Part shown: positions 48,556 to 60,566 of the stretch, in pieces
Position numbering within the stretch: the stretch's first letter is position 1
How the letters are laid out: each line of letters begins with the position of its first letter
Origin: an uncultured Acidobacteriota bacterium
GTDB taxonomy: Bacteria; Acidobacteriota; Thermoanaerobaculia; UBA5066; Gp7-AA6
Reading direction: 5' to 3'
DNA length: 64,000 nucleotides
NCBI GenBank assembly: GCA_963825175.1
Contig: CAWGSA010000001.1
Coordinates: forward strand, 50,576-114,575
The notes under the pieces: model-generated
The model's database searches: none
Told to the model about the DNA's origin: nothing
Seen by the model: the letters and a program-made list of their open reading frames with translations, nothing else
Program-made: the position numbers and the translations under genes

Positions 48556-49530
48556 CTACTCCGCCAGGAAGAGGGTCAGGGCGAACCGGGCGTCGGACTC
48601 GATCCACTGCTGCTCGCACCGGAACCCGGCCCTCGCCGCCTTCTCGACGACCTCTTCGGCCCGGTACTTGTAGGAGTTCTCCGTCCAGATGAACTCGCCC
48701 TGCGCGAACTCGACGGCGTACTCCGCCCGCGGGATGCGGACCCGCTGCGGCCGGATCGAGACCAGGTGCATCTCGACCCGGCTCTCCGGGCCGTTCCAGA
48801 CCGCCCGATGGGCGAATCCGCCGAGATCGAAATCGGCCAGGAGCTCCCGGTTCATCCGCACCAGGAGGTTCTTGTTGAACGCCGCGGTCACGCCGAGCGG
48901 ATCATCGTAGGCCAGGAGGAGATCCGGCTCCGGCTTGACCAGGTCCGCTCCCAGCAGCAGGCCGTCTCCGGGCCTCAGGGCCGAGCGAATTTTCGAGAGG
49001 AAGTCGTGCGCCGCGGGAGGATCGAAGTTTCCGATGTTGGAGCCCAGAAAAAGAACCAGCATCTGGGACGGGCCCCGCTCGGCCGCAGCCCGGCGCAGCC
49101 CCTCCTCGTAGGTGGCCCGGTGCCCCACCACCGAAACGTGCTCGAAACGGTTGAGCGTCCGTTCGGACAGTTCCAGCGCCACCGGGGAGATGTCGATCAG
49201 GTGGACGGCGACCCGGCGGCGGCGGCGGCGCAGAGCTTCCGCGAGCAGCGCCACCTTCTCCCCCGAGCCGCAGCCGAGCTCGACGAGCGTGAGCGGATCG
49301 GCGAGTCCCGAGACCACCTGGTCGGCCCACCGCCCGAGAAGCCGTCCCTCCGCCCGCGTGATGCGATACCACGGCAACCGGCAGATGGCCTCGAACAGGC
49401 AGGAGCCGAGCGCGTTGTAGAGGTATTTCGACTGGATCTGCTTGGGTGTCAGGGCCAGGTCGCGCCGCACGTCCGCGGCGAAGCCGGCCACCAATTCCGC
49501 CGGCGGCGTGGCGGCGTTGGCTTCGATCAT
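48556..49530 (-). CDS. egtD: L-histidine N-alpha-methyltransferase
   Basis: Start trimmed to ATG 49530; the upstream track residues are heptamer-repeat encoded. Collinear with mycobacterial EgtD: PKQIQSKYLYNALGSCLFEAICRLPWY, LVELGCGSGEK, FLGSNIGNF, LLLGADLVK, AYDDPLGVTAAFNKNLL, ENSYKY. Confidence 0.9.
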   Translation of the reverse strand: MIEANAATPPAELVAGFAADVRRDLALTPKQIQSKYLYNALGSCLFEAICRLPWYRITRAEGRLLGRWADQVVSGLADPLTLVELGCGSGEKVALLAEALRRRRRRVAVHLIDISPVALELSERTLNRFEHVSVVGHRATYEEGLRRAAAERGPSQMLVLFLGSNIGNFDPPAAHDFLSKIRSALRPGDGLLLGADLVKPEPDLLLAYDDPLGVTAAFNKNLLVRMNRELLADFDLGGFAHRAVWNGPESRVEMHLVSIRPQRVRIPRAEYAVEFAQGEFIWTENSYKYRAEEVVEKAARAGFRCEQQWIESDARFALTLFLAE

Positions 49531-49547
49531 GCGGGCCGCGGCGCCCC

Positions 49548-49646
49548 GTGAGGCGTGAGGCGTGAGGCGTGAGGCGAACGAAAGAGAGTCACCAGGCACT
49601 TTCGATACGCGATCCTTGCCACGCCTTACGCCTCACGCCTTTCGCC
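49548..49646. repeat. Inverted heptamer arrays between egtB and egtD: (GTGAGGC)x4 at 49548-49575 and (CACGCCT-like)x4 at 49620-49646
   Basis: The arms are reverse complements (about 21 of 24 positions by manual pairing) with a 44-nt spacer. The right arm starts directly after the egtB TAG stop. Confidence 0.9.
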
Positions 49647-50966
49647 CTACGCGGACCGCACGGTCCGAAACGTCGCGTACACGTAGGGGTAGTTGCCGCG
49701 GAACCAGTTGCGGAAGCTCCGGCGCAGCAGCTCCCGCGCTGTCGCCGGCGAGGCGCCCTTCATGACCCAGTGCTTGCCGTCGAAGAAGTCCGCGGAGTAA
49801 TTGGGATAGGAGGGCATGGGCCGAAAGCCGTCGAAGGCATCGAACACGGTCGACGTCCACTCCCATCCGTTGCCGACCAGATCCTGGACGCCCCAGGCCG
49901 AAACGCCCGCCGGGAACGACCCGACCGCCGTCGGTTCCCAGGATCGGAAGTCGAAGTTTCCCCGGGACGCGTCGGGCGGCTCTTCCCCCCAGGGGTAGGA
50001 ACGCTCGACGCCTTCGGGCGTACCGTAGGCCGCCCGGTGAAATTCGGCCTCGCTCGGAAGCCGTCTGCCCTTCCACCGCGCGAACGCCTCGGCCTCGGCG
50101 TGTGACACGTAGACCGGCCAGGCCGCCGGAAGCGGAATCCGCTCGAACATGCCGCGCCACAGCCAGCCCTCGGCCCCGCGCTCCCAGAACAGAGGGTGCC
50201 GCACGTTCTCGCGAGAGCGCCACTGCCATCCCTCTTCGTCCCACAGCTGCCGCCGTTCATACCCGCCCGATTCGACGAATTCCTGAAAATCCCGGTTGGT
50301 GACGTCGAACACGTCGATCTCGAACGCCGGCACCTCGACCCGATGCTCCGTAAACTCGTTGTCCCACGCGAAGGGAACGCGCTCGGGAGTGGTGCCGAGC
50401 GTGGCCGCCCCGGCCGGGACCCGGACGGTCGCCGGCCGCGGAGGCGCCTCTTCCAGGGACGGCGACGCCGCGCCCGGAGGCCGCGTCTTCTTGTCGAACG
50501 CCAGCCGGTGCCACATGTACCGCAGCGTCTCCTGATGCATCGGCTCGTGCTCGAGAATCGTGTAGGCCGCCAGGCCCCGGCGCAAGACGGGATCGTCTTC
50601 GCGGGTCAGATTCCGTCGCTCCAGGGCGTCGAGGACGCGGCGGTCGGCGCGTTCGCCGTACTCCAGGATCTCCTCCCGGGAAGGCCACGCCGCCGCAGCA
50701 CCGCCCACCGACGACGCCTCCTCGGGATCGATCCCCCGCTCGAAGAGCACTTCGTAACCGGCGTCGACTCCCGATTCCTTCAGGCCGCGCTTGATCAGAG
50801 TGTTGACGCTGAAGGCGGGCAGGTGACCCTCGTAGAAGCAAATCGGGTTGCGCAGCGCGATCGGGCGATCCTGGTACGCCTGTGGCGCCAGCGAATCGAA
50901 GAGCTGGCGCGAGCGCTCCCGATTGAGCCGGTACCACTGCGTGAGGCGGTTCCGATCGAGCGTCAT
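49647..50966 (-). CDS. egtB: Ergothioneine-pathway sulfoxide synthase (DinB-like N-domain plus FGE-sulfatase C-domain)
   Basis: Track ORF 49647..51983 trimmed to ATG 50966 (MTLDRNRLTQWY..). Motifs FYEGHLPAF, EHEPMHQETL, VTNRDFQEFVESGGY, GNGWEWT and SYPNYSADFFDGKHWVMKGASP. At 439 aa it matches the short EgtB type. Confidence 0.88.
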   Translation of the reverse strand: MTLDRNRLTQWYRLNRERSRQLFDSLAPQAYQDRPIALRNPICFYEGHLPAFSVNTLIKRGLKESGVDAGYEVLFERGIDPEEASSVGGAAAAWPSREEILEYGERADRRVLDALERRNLTREDDPVLRRGLAAYTILEHEPMHQETLRYMWHRLAFDKKTRPPGAASPSLEEAPPRPATVRVPAGAATLGTTPERVPFAWDNEFTEHRVEVPAFEIDVFDVTNRDFQEFVESGGYERRQLWDEEGWQWRSRENVRHPLFWERGAEGWLWRGMFERIPLPAAWPVYVSHAEAEAFARWKGRRLPSEAEFHRAAYGTPEGVERSYPWGEEPPDASRGNFDFRSWEPTAVGSFPAGVSAWGVQDLVGNGWEWTSTVFDAFDGFRPMPSYPNYSADFFDGKHWVMKGASPATARELLRRSFRNWFRGNYPYVYATFRTVRSA

Positions 50967-51174
50967 TGCGGCCCCCCATGCTATTGCGTACGACGCCGCT
51001 CCGATGCGAGATTCGCGCTTTCCGCGCGGCGTGCCCGATCCAGGAACCTGCCACGGAGGTTCCAGACGTGCCAGAATGCGGGAGAAGCAGGGGCTCAGAC
51101 GCGGCACGCTCCTTGAAAGAGCGGAAAACGACGGCCAGCCCGAGAGGAAACGCACGGTCCAAGGAGGTCGATCC

Positions 51175-51597
51175 ATGGCCAACAACGACACAACCGCGCC
51201 GAGCGCATCGGGCGCTCCAGCGCCCGCGGGGTCCCGAAGGAAAACGTCCACGCGCCGCAAGTCGGCGGTTCGAAAGAAACCGGCGGCGAGCGCGGCGAAA
51301 CGGCCCTCACCGAGAGCGGCTCGCGACGAGGGCGCGCTGGCCAGTCTCTTGGACGGGCTCTCTCGCCAGGCGTCCCGGACCGGCACCCGCATCGCCGCGC
51401 TCTCCGAGCGGGGAGTGTCGGGCGCGCGGCGGACGCTGCGTAAGGCGAGCGCCGGCTCGAAGAAGACCATCGATCGTCTGGCCCGCGAGTGGAAGGGCAT
51501 GGACACCGCGCGCAGGGCCCAGTTCATCGCGGCGCTGCTCGGAACGCTCGCCGCAGCCTCGGCGCCGATCGTCCGAAGCCGCCTGAAGAAGAAGTGA
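51175..51597 (+). CDS. Small basic hypothetical protein (140 aa) with a C-terminal hydrophobic segment
   Basis: ATG 51175 behind AAGGAGG (51161-51167). MANNDTTAPSASGAPAPAGSRRKTSTRRKSAVRKKPAASAAKR...FIAALLGTLAAASAPIVRSRLKKK. I do not recognise the family. Confidence 0.5.
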   Translation: MANNDTTAPSASGAPAPAGSRRKTSTRRKSAVRKKPAASAAKRPSPRAARDEGALASLLDGLSRQASRTGTRIAALSERGVSGARRTLRKASAGSKKTIDRLAREWKGMDTARRAQFIAALLGTLAAASAPIVRSRLKKK

Positions 51598-51726
51598 CCG
51601 GCTCTCGGCCGCGGCCTGCTCTCTGCAGGGGCGGCCGGGAGCGTTACAGGCGAGAGGAACGGAGCCGCGCCCCGGAGGCCGGATTCTGACCGATCGTCGA
51701 GAGTCGAAATCTTTCTTGGTTCCCGA

Positions 51727-54700
51727 ATGACCGCCGCCGCCGTCCGCGAGCCCGACGCCGAGAAGCCCATCCGGGGAGAGCTCTTCTCCACCGAGCGGCT
51801 CGAGCAATTCGCCGAGACCCTCGCCAGCGAGCACGTCGTCCTGCCCGGCCAGCGCCGGGGGCGTCCGCTGTTGCCGCGGCTCGAGGAGAACGGCCGCGTG
51901 CTGCTGGCCTCGTACCGCTCGATCGCCGAAGCGATGCGCGGGGAACGGGCGGTGTCGCCCGCCGCGGAATGGCTGGTTGACAACTTTCATATTGTAGAGG
52001 AGCAGCTTCGCGAGATTCGCGAGGACCTGCCCTCCGGCTTCTACCGGCAGCTCCCCAAGCTCGCCGGCGGCATCCTGGCCGGCACACCGCGGGTCTACGC
52101 GATCGCCTGGGCCTTCGTCGAGCACACCGACAGCCGATTCGATGCCGAGGCGCTGCGGCGATTCGTCCGGTCGTACCAGCGCTCGATCCCGCTCACGATC
52201 GGAGAGCTCTGGGCCACAGCGATCTCCCTGCGGCTCGTGCTGGTCGAGAACCTGCGCCGGTTGGTCGAAGGGGTCGACCACCGCGGCGAGGCTCGCCTCC
52301 GCGCGGACGCCATCGCCGACGGCCTGCTCGGCACCGGCGGCCACTCCCCGGCCGACGCCGCCCGCGCCTTCGAGGACCTTCGGAGCCGGCCCCTTCCGCG
52401 CGCTTTCCTCGTGCAGCTCTTCTCGCGGCTGCGGGACCAGGATCCCGCGGTCACGCCCGCGCTGCCGTGGCTGAACCAGCGCCTGGAGGAGGAAGGGACC
52501 ACGGCCGAGGAGGTCGTCCGCCTGGAGCATCAATCTCAGGTCGCCACGCACGTGACGGTGCGCAACGTGATCACCAGCATGCGGCTGCTCTCGGCCGTCG
52601 ATTGGAACGATTTCTTCGAGAGCGTCAGCGTGGTGGAAGAGGCGCTGCGCGACGGAACGCGCGTGGCCGAGATGGACTTCGCCACGCGCGACCGCTACCG
52701 GCGCGCGGTCGAGGAACTGTCGCGCGGGAGCGGGGCCTCGGAAGTCGAGATCGCGCGGCGAGCGGTGTGGCGGGCCCGCCAGGCGGCACACGCCGGCGGA
52801 GCCTCGCGGCTGGCCGACCCCGGGTACTACCTGATCTCCCGGGGCCGCGCGGTGCTGGAAGAGGATCTCAACTACCGCGTCCCGGTCCGCCAGTGGTTGC
52901 GGCGCGCCTGGATCCGCGCAGCCACTCCCGGGTATCTCGGCAGCATCCTCCTCTTAACGGCCGCCTTCGTGCTGCTGCCGGTGGCCATCTCGCGGCTGGA
53001 GGGCGCTTCGCTGTGGGCCACTCTGGTGCTGGCCCTGCTTTCGCTGGTTCCGGCGTCGGACCTGGCCGTCGCGGTCATCAACCGGGACGTCACCGATCTG
53101 GTCGGACCCCGCCGGCTGCCCAAGCTCGAGCTGGCCCGGGGAGTGCCGGAGTCCCTGCGCACCCTGGTCGCGGTCCCCATCCTTCTGAGCAGCGACGTCG
53201 GAGGTCGCCGAGGCGGTCGAACGGCTCGAGGTTCACTACCTCTCCAACAGCGAAGGAGACGTCTCCTTCGGGCTCCTGTCCGACTGGACCGACGCCGCCG
53301 TGGAATCGGATTCCGACGACGAGACCCTGCTCGGCGCGGCCCTGGAAGGGATCGCCTCGTTGAACGCCAAGCACGGGAAGGGTCCCGACGGCCGGGACCG
53401 CTTCTACCTCTTTCACCGCCGGCGTCTGTGGAATGAATCCGAGGCGCTGTGGATGGGATGGGAGAGGAAGCGAGGCAAGCTGCACGAATTGAATCGCCTC
53501 CTGCGCGGCGCGACGGACACGACATTTCTTCCACTGGCGGGGGGCGCGGTCGAAGCTCCCCGGGGCGTGCGCTACGTCATCACCCTCGACGCCGACACCC
53601 GACTGCCGCGCGACGCGGTGCGCCGTCTGGTCGGGGCCATGGCTCATCCCTTGAACGAGCCGGCGTTCGACGAGGAGAGCCGCCGGATCGTCGAGGGACA
53701 CGGCGTGATGCAGCCCCGGGTGACCCCGACGCTTCCCGCGGCCGGCTCGGGCACGTTCTACCAGCGGCTCTTCTCCGGGCCGCGGGGCATCGACCCCTAC
53801 GCCTTCGCCGTGTCCGACGTGTATCAGGACCTCTTCGGAGAGGGGATCTACACCGGCAAAGGCATCTACGACGTCGACGCCTTCGAGAAGGCGCTCGAGG
53901 GCCGCGTGCCGGACAACACGCTTCTGTCCCACGACCTGTTCGAAGGTCTCTTCGCACGCGCCGCGGTGGTCACCGATATCGAGATCTTCGAGGAGTTTCC
54001 CGGACACTACGAGGTCTCGGCGTCGCGGCAGCACCGATGGGCACGGGGAGACTGGCAACTGCTTCCCTGGATCTTCGGGCGGATTCCGGACGCGCGCCGC
54101 GGGCGCGTGGCCAATCCCATCCCCGCGATCGGGCGATGGAAGATGATCGACAACCTCCGGCGCAGCCTCTCGTCGCCGTCCGCAGTGGCCGCGCTCGCCG
54201 CCGCGTGGGTCCTGCCCGGCGTCGACGGGGACCTGTGGACCGCCCTGATCGGAGCCACCCTCGCTCTGCCGGGCCTTTTCTCCTTTTTCGGCGGGCTCCT
54301 GCCGGGCCATCGGGGGATCGCCAAGCGCAGTTTCTTCCGCAGCCTCGGCACGGACCTCGCCCTGTGGCTTGGCCAGCTGGTCGTGCGCCTGATCCTCCTC
54401 GCGCACCAGGCCTGGCTCATGGCCGACGCGATCGCCCGGACGCTCTGGCGTCTCCTCACGCACCGGCACCTGCTGGAATGGGTGCCGGCGGCCCAGGCCC
54501 GGCGAGCCCTCGATCTGAGAGTCGCGGGCTTCACCTGGCGCATGAAGGGGGCGGTGATCCTAGGCGCGGCGATCGGCCTCGCGGTCGGGATCTCTCACCC
54601 CGCGGGGTGGCCCGACGCGAGCGCGTTCGTGGCGGCCTGGATTCTCTCGCCCCTCGTCGCGCGCGTCATCAGCCTCCCCCCGCGCGCAGCCGAAGAGGAG

Positions 54701-57700
54701 GCGTTTTCGCCGAGCGACGCGACGCGGCTGCGGCAGGTCGCCCGACGCACGTGGCGCTACTTCGAGTCCTTCGCCGGCGCGGACGAGAACTGGCTCCCGG
54801 CCGACAACTTCCAGGAGCTGCCCCGCCGCGCCATCGCGCACCGGACCTCGCCGACCAACGTGGGGCTGGCCCTTCTCTCGACGGTGGCGGCCAACGATCT
54901 CGGGTGGATCGGCACCACGGAAATGCTCGAGCGCCTCGAGGCGACCGTGGCCACGCTGGACAAGCTTCAACGGTTTCGGGGCCACTTCTACAACTGGTAC
55001 GACACCCAGACGCTCGAACCGCTCGAACCGCGCTACATCTCGACCGTCGACAGCGGCAACCTCGCCGGCCACCTGATCGCGTTGCGGCACGCCTGCCTCG
55101 AGCGCATCGGCTCATTCGCCGTTTCGCCGGAAGCGCTGGAGGGGGTGGCCGACGCCCTCGGCCTGTTGCGCCAGAGCGCCGGGAGCCTGACACAAGCGCG
55201 CCGCGAGGGAACGATCACCCGGCGCCAGCTCGATTCCGCGCTCGGGCACATCGAGGCCCTCCTTTCCCCGCGGCCGCGGACCACGCTCGCGTGGATCGCC
55301 CGTTTTCGCGAGCTCGCCGCGAGCGCCGAGACGCTCGTCGACACCATCCAGGCCATGACGCTCGACCTTCCCCCGTCCTCGGCCCAGGAAGCCGTCGACT
55401 GGGCCCAGGCGCTCTCGGCCACGATTGCCAGCCACCAGCGCGACCTGGAGGCGACGCAGAGCTGGGCGCGTCCGCCCGAGACTCTCCCCGGACCGGCCGC
55501 GCAGATTCTCGAGGCCCTGGGCGAGTCCGACCTGTCGCTGGAAGCGGCGCCCGACCTTTACGAGACGGCGGCCAGGGAGCTGGCCGCGCTTTCTCCCGAC
55601 GGCAGCCAGCCGTCCCGCGCCATCGCCGGCGTGGTGGCCGATCTCGAGCGCTGCGCGCAGGCCGCGGGGTCACTCTCTCGCCGTCTCGCATCGATCGCCA
55701 GGGCCGCGAGCCGGATGGTCGAGGAGATGGACTTCACGTTTCTCTACGATCCGGAGCGAAAGCTCTTCTCCATCGGTTACCGGCTCACCGACGGCCGGCT
55801 CGACTCCGGCTACTACGACCTGCTGGCCTCGGAGGCGCGGCTGGCGAGTTTCATCGCCATCGCCCGCGGAGACGTGCCGGCGTCCCATTGGTTCAAGCTC
55901 GGACGGTCCCTGACCCCGGTGGGCAAGGGCTCGGCGTTGGTGTCGTGGTCCGGCTCGATGTTCGAGTACCTGATGCCGGATCTGGTCCTGGAGGCGCCGG
56001 GCGGGAGTCTCATCGACCAGACCAACCGCCTGGTGATCGGACGCCAGATCCGATACGGCCAGGAGCACGGCATCCCGTGGGGCATCTCGGAATCGGCGTT
56101 CAACGCTCGGGATCTCGAGTTCACCTATCAATACTCGAACTTCGGCGTCAGCGGCCTGGGTTTGAAGCGCGGGCTGTCCGAGGACCTGGTCGTGGCTCCG
56201 TACGCCACCGCGCTGGCCGCGATGATCGAGCCGCGGGAGGCAGTCCGGAACTTCGAGCGCCTCGCCGGGCTCGGAGCGTCCGGGCGCTACGGCTACTACG
56301 AGTCGCTGGACTACACGCGGGCCCGGCTGCCGGAGGGGGAAAAGTTCGAAATCGTGCGCGCCTTCATGGCTCACCACCAGGGGATGACCATCGTCGCGCT
56401 GGACAACGTCCTTCTCCAGAACGTCATGCGGGCGCGCTTTCACGCCGAGCCGGCGGTGCAAGCCACCGAGCTGCTGCTCCAGGAGCGCACTCCCCGCGCC
56501 GTGGCGGTGGCCCGGCCCCGGGCGGAGGAAGTCCGGACTCCGCTCCACGTGCGGGACTTCGTGCTTCCGGTCCTGCGCCGCTTCACGTCGCCCTACCACC
56601 CGATTCCGCGCACCCATGTGCTCTCCAACGGGCGCTACAGCGTGATGATGACCGCCGCCGGATCGGGCTACAGCCGGTGGCGCGACCGCGACGTGACGCG
56701 CTGGCGCGAGGACATCACCCGCGACTGCTGGGGCACGTTCATCTTTCTGCGCGACGCGCAAAGCGGACGGGTGTGGTCGGCCGGCTTCCAGCCGAGCGTC
56801 GCGGAGCCGGAGGCGTACGAGGCGGTCTTCTCCGAGGACCGCGTCGAGATCCACCGCCGGGACGCCCATATCTCGACCACCATGCAGATCGTCGTGTCGC
56901 CCGAGGACGACGCGGAGATCCGGCAGGTCTCCCTGACGAACCTTTCGACCCGGCCGCGGGAAATCGAGGTCACGTCGTTCGCCGAGCTGGCCCTGGCTCC
57001 GTTCGCGGTGGACGCTGCGCATCCCGCGTTCTCGAAACTCTTCATCCAGACCGAATTCCTGCCGGAGCTCGAGGCGCTGGTGGCGTCACGCCGCCCCCGC
57101 GACCCCGACGAGAAGCCGATGTGGGTCGCCCACGTCGCCGCGGTGGAAGGGGAATCGGTCGGGGCGGTGCAGTACGAGACGGACCGCGCGCGCTTCCTGG
57201 GCCGGGGCCGGAACATCGCCCACCCCGCCTCCATGGAGGACGGTCGCCCCCTCTCCAACACCGTGGGGCCGGTGCTCGATCCGATCGTGAGCCTGCGCCA
57301 CCGCCTGCGTCTGTCCCCCGGCGGCACCGCGCGGGTCCAGATGGCGACGATCGCCGCGCCGACTCGGGAGAAGGCCCTTGCGCTCGCGGACAAGTATCGT
57401 GAGCCGGCGACGTTCGAGCGCACCGGGACGTTGGCCTGGACGCAGGCCCAGGTCCAGCTCCACCATCTGGGCATCAGCGCCGACGAGGCACATCTCTTTC
57501 AGCGTCTTGCCAACCGCCTCCTGTATTCCGATCCGACCTTGCGGGCGCCCGCGGAAGTCCTGATTCGAAATCGCCGCGGTCCCTCCTCGCTGTGGCGGCA
57601 CGGGATATCCGGAGACGTGCCGATCGTGCTGGTCCGGATCGATCAGGCCGACGACGTCGACCTGGTCCGGCAGCTTCTTCGGGCCCACGAGTACTGGCGC

Positions 57701-60455
57701 TTGAAGGGCCTGGTCGTGGACCTGGTGATCTTGAACGAGCAGGCCACGTCCTACGGCCAGGACCTGCGCGCCGTGCTCGAGTCGCTCATCCGGACCCGCC
57801 AGCGCGCGGCGGTCGAAGAAGGCCCGGGGGGGGTCTTCTTGCTGCGCGCGGATCTGCTCACGTCGGACCAGGAACGCGACGCCCTGCGCTCCGCCGCGCG
57901 CGTCCTGCTGCTGTCCCGCCACGGAACGCTCTCCGAGCAGGTCGTGCGCCTGCTCAAGGCCACGCCGGCGGTCAAGCCGCCCCGACCCGCGCCCCCGCGC
58001 CCACCCGCGTCGGACGTTCCGCCGCCCCACTTCTCTCTGGAGTTCTTCAACGGACTGGGGGGCTTCTCCGACGGGGGACGCGAGTACGTGACGATCCTCG
58101 GAGAGCGGCAATGGACCCCCGCCCCTTGGATCAATATCGTGGCAAATCCCAATTTCGGTTTTCTCGTCTCCGAGTCGGGCTCCGGCTACACCTGGTGCGT
58201 CAATAGCCGACAGAACCAGTTGACCCCGTGGTCCAATGACCCGATCAGCGATCCGCCCGGGGAAGCGATCCTGGTGCGGGACGATGCGACGGGCGAGATC
58301 TGGGGCCCCACCCCCCTGCCGGTGCGGGACGAGTGGCCCTACGTCGCGCGGCACGGGCAAGGTTACAGCCGCTTCCAGCACGACAGCCGCGGCATCGCGC
58401 TCGACCTGGTGCAGTTCGTCCCGCTCGAGGATCCGATCAAGATCTCGCGAATGACGGTGGAGAACCGCTCCGCCTCCGCGCGCACCGTGACGGTGGCGGC
58501 GTTCGCCGAATGGGTGCTGGGGACTCAGCGCGGAGCGGCCGCCCCGTTCATCGTGACGCATCGGGACGCGGAGACGGGGGCTCTCCTGGCGCGCAACCCG
58601 TGGAACGAAGAGTTTCCCCAGATCGCCTTCGCCGATCTGTTCGTTGCGCGCGGCGTCGGACGGCCCGTTCAATGGACCTGCGACCGATCGGAGTTTCTGG
58701 GGAGAAACGGAGGGCTCGACGCGCCCTCCGGCCTGGCGCCCGGCGCGGTGTGGTCCGGGAGGACCGGCGCGGGATTCGACCCCTGCGCCGCCTTCTCCAC
58801 GGCTCTGCGCCTGCAGCCCGGCGAGAAAGCGGAGATCCGCGTCTTTCTGGGCCAGGCCGCCGACGAGAAGGCCGCCGTGGCGCTGGTCAGGCGTTATCGG
58901 GCCGAGAACCTGGATGCGCTCCTGGCCGGCGTCCACCGCCAGTGGGACGACGTTCTCGGCGCGCTCCAGGTGGAGACGCCGGACCGGTCCCTCGACCTTC
59001 TCGTCAATCGCTGGCTTTTGTACCAGGCCCTGGCGTGCCGCGTGTGGGGACGCTCGGCCTTCTACCAGGCGGGCGGCGCATTCGGGTTCCGCGACCAGCT
59101 GCAGGACGTCCTGGCCTTGACCGTGGCCCGGCGCGAAGTCACGCAGCGGACAGATCCTGGCCAGCGCCGCGCGCCAGTTCCGCGAGGGGGACGTCCAGCA
59201 CTGGTGGCACGTCCCCTCGGGCAAGGGAATCCGAACGCGCATGAGCGACGATCTCCTGTGGCTCCCCTTCGCGGTGATCCACTACCTGGAAGTCACCGGC
59301 GACAGGGCGATCCTCGACAAGCAGATCCCGTTCCTGGAGGGCGACCTTCTGCAGCCGGACGAAGTGGAGCGTTATTTCCTGCCGAAGATCTCCTCCGAGG
59401 CGGCGACTCTCTTCGAGCACTGCGCGCGGGCTCTGGATCGGAGCCTCGAAGTCGGGCGCCACGACCTCCCGCTGATGGGCACCGGCGACTGGAACGACGG
59501 GATGAACCGCGTGGGCCGGGAGGGCAAAGGGGAAAGCGTCTGGCTCGCCTGGTTCCTGCATACCAACCTCTGGGAGTTCGCGCGGCTGGCCGAAGAACGG
59601 GGAGAGGCCGAGCGGGCCGGCCGCTGGCGCGCGCACGTCGACCGCCTGAAGATCGCGCTGGAGAGCGCGGGCTGGGACGGAGACTGGTACCGCCGGGCGT
59701 TCTTCGACGATGGAACGCCGCTCGGTTCCGCGCAAAACGCGGAATGCCGCATCGACTCGATCGCCCAATCCTGGGCCGTGATCTCCGGAGCCGGAGACAT
59801 CGAGCGCAGCCGGCGGGCCATGGCCGCGGTCGAGGAGTACCTGGTCAAGCGCGGCGACGGCCTGGTCCTTCTCTTCACGCCCCCGTTCGACCGGTCGCCC
59901 GTCGACCCGGGCTACATCAAGGGATATCTGCCCGGCACGCGCGAGAACGGCGGCCAGTACACCCACGCCGCCATCTGGGCGCTCATCGCGTTCGCCGCGC
60001 AGGGAGAAGGGGACAAGGCCGGAGAGCTCTTCGCCATCTTAAATCCCATCAACCATGCTTCCACGCGCGCGGGCATGCACCGGTACAAGGTCGAGCCCTA
60101 CGTCGCGGCCGCCGATATCTACTCGGGAATCCCGCACGTCGGCCGGGGGGGCTGGACCTGGTACACGGGATCGGCGGGATGGATGTACCGCGCCGCGGTG
60201 GAATGGATCCTCGGCTTTCGGCTCCGGGGAGCGAGCCTCCACCTGGATCCGTGCATTCCCAGAGCCTGGCGCGGGTATCGGATCTCGTTCCGCTACCACT
60301 CCTCGCGCTACGAGCTGTCCACGGAGAACCCGCGCGGCGCGACGCGCGGCGTGGACACTGTGGAGCTCGACGGCGTCCCCGTGGCCGGCGGAGCGCGGGA
60401 GATCCCGCTGGTCGACGACGGCAAGGACCATCGGATCCGGGTGGTGCTGGGGTAG
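51727..60455 (+). pseudogene. Cyclic beta-1,2-glucan synthase-like giant protein (NdvB/Cgs type: GT84-like transferase plus GH94-like phosphorylase, about 2900 aa); frameshifts near 53200 and 59138-59150
   Basis: The N-terminus EKPIRGELFSTERLEQFAETLA..AAEWLVDNFHIVEEQ is NdvB-like. ..VAVPILLSSDV|EVAEAVERLEVHYLSNSEGDVSFGLLSDWTDA..ITLDADTRLPRD..QPRV (the GT domain) continues in track ORF 53300... The GH94-like region has ..GSMFEYLMP..PWGISESAF.. ..ALTVARREVT|RSGQILASAARQFREGDVQHWWH..GTGDWNDGMN..GGQYTHAA..GGWTWYTGSAGW continues in track ORF 59241..60455. Confidence 0.85.
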
Positions 60456-60545
60456 TGCGCGGTGCGACGTACGACGTTCTACGTTATCGCCCGTGATTGT
60501 CCTCCAACGTAGTACGTCGCACGTAGAACGTCGCACTTTTCTACC
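60456..60545 (+). terminator. Repeat-built hairpin after the glucan synthase: (TRCGACG-like)x4 at 60456-60483 and (CGTMGYA)x4 at 60508-60535, then cttttct
   Basis: tgcgcgg tgcgacg tacgacg ttctacg ... cgtagta cgtcgca cgtagaa cgtcgca. The arms are complementary in several registers, and a U-rich run follows. Confidence 0.6.
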
Positions 60546-60566
60546 TCTGCTAGGATCGCCTCCCCG

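Noticed and set aside
50967-51983. Upstream 339-aa extension of track ORF 49647..51983 (EgtB)
   Set aside because: The sequence is low-complexity and overlaps the plus-strand small basic protein and the glucan synthase start. The DinB-like EgtB N-terminus begins at ATG 50966.
59150-60496. C-terminal tail of track ORF 53300..60496, and the parallel 1317-aa ORF 53449..57402
   Set aside because: After about 59145 the translation becomes Arg/Gly/Pro junk, while conserved GH94-like sequence continues in the frame of ORF 59241..60455. ORF 53449..57402 is an alternative-frame shadow of the same gene.
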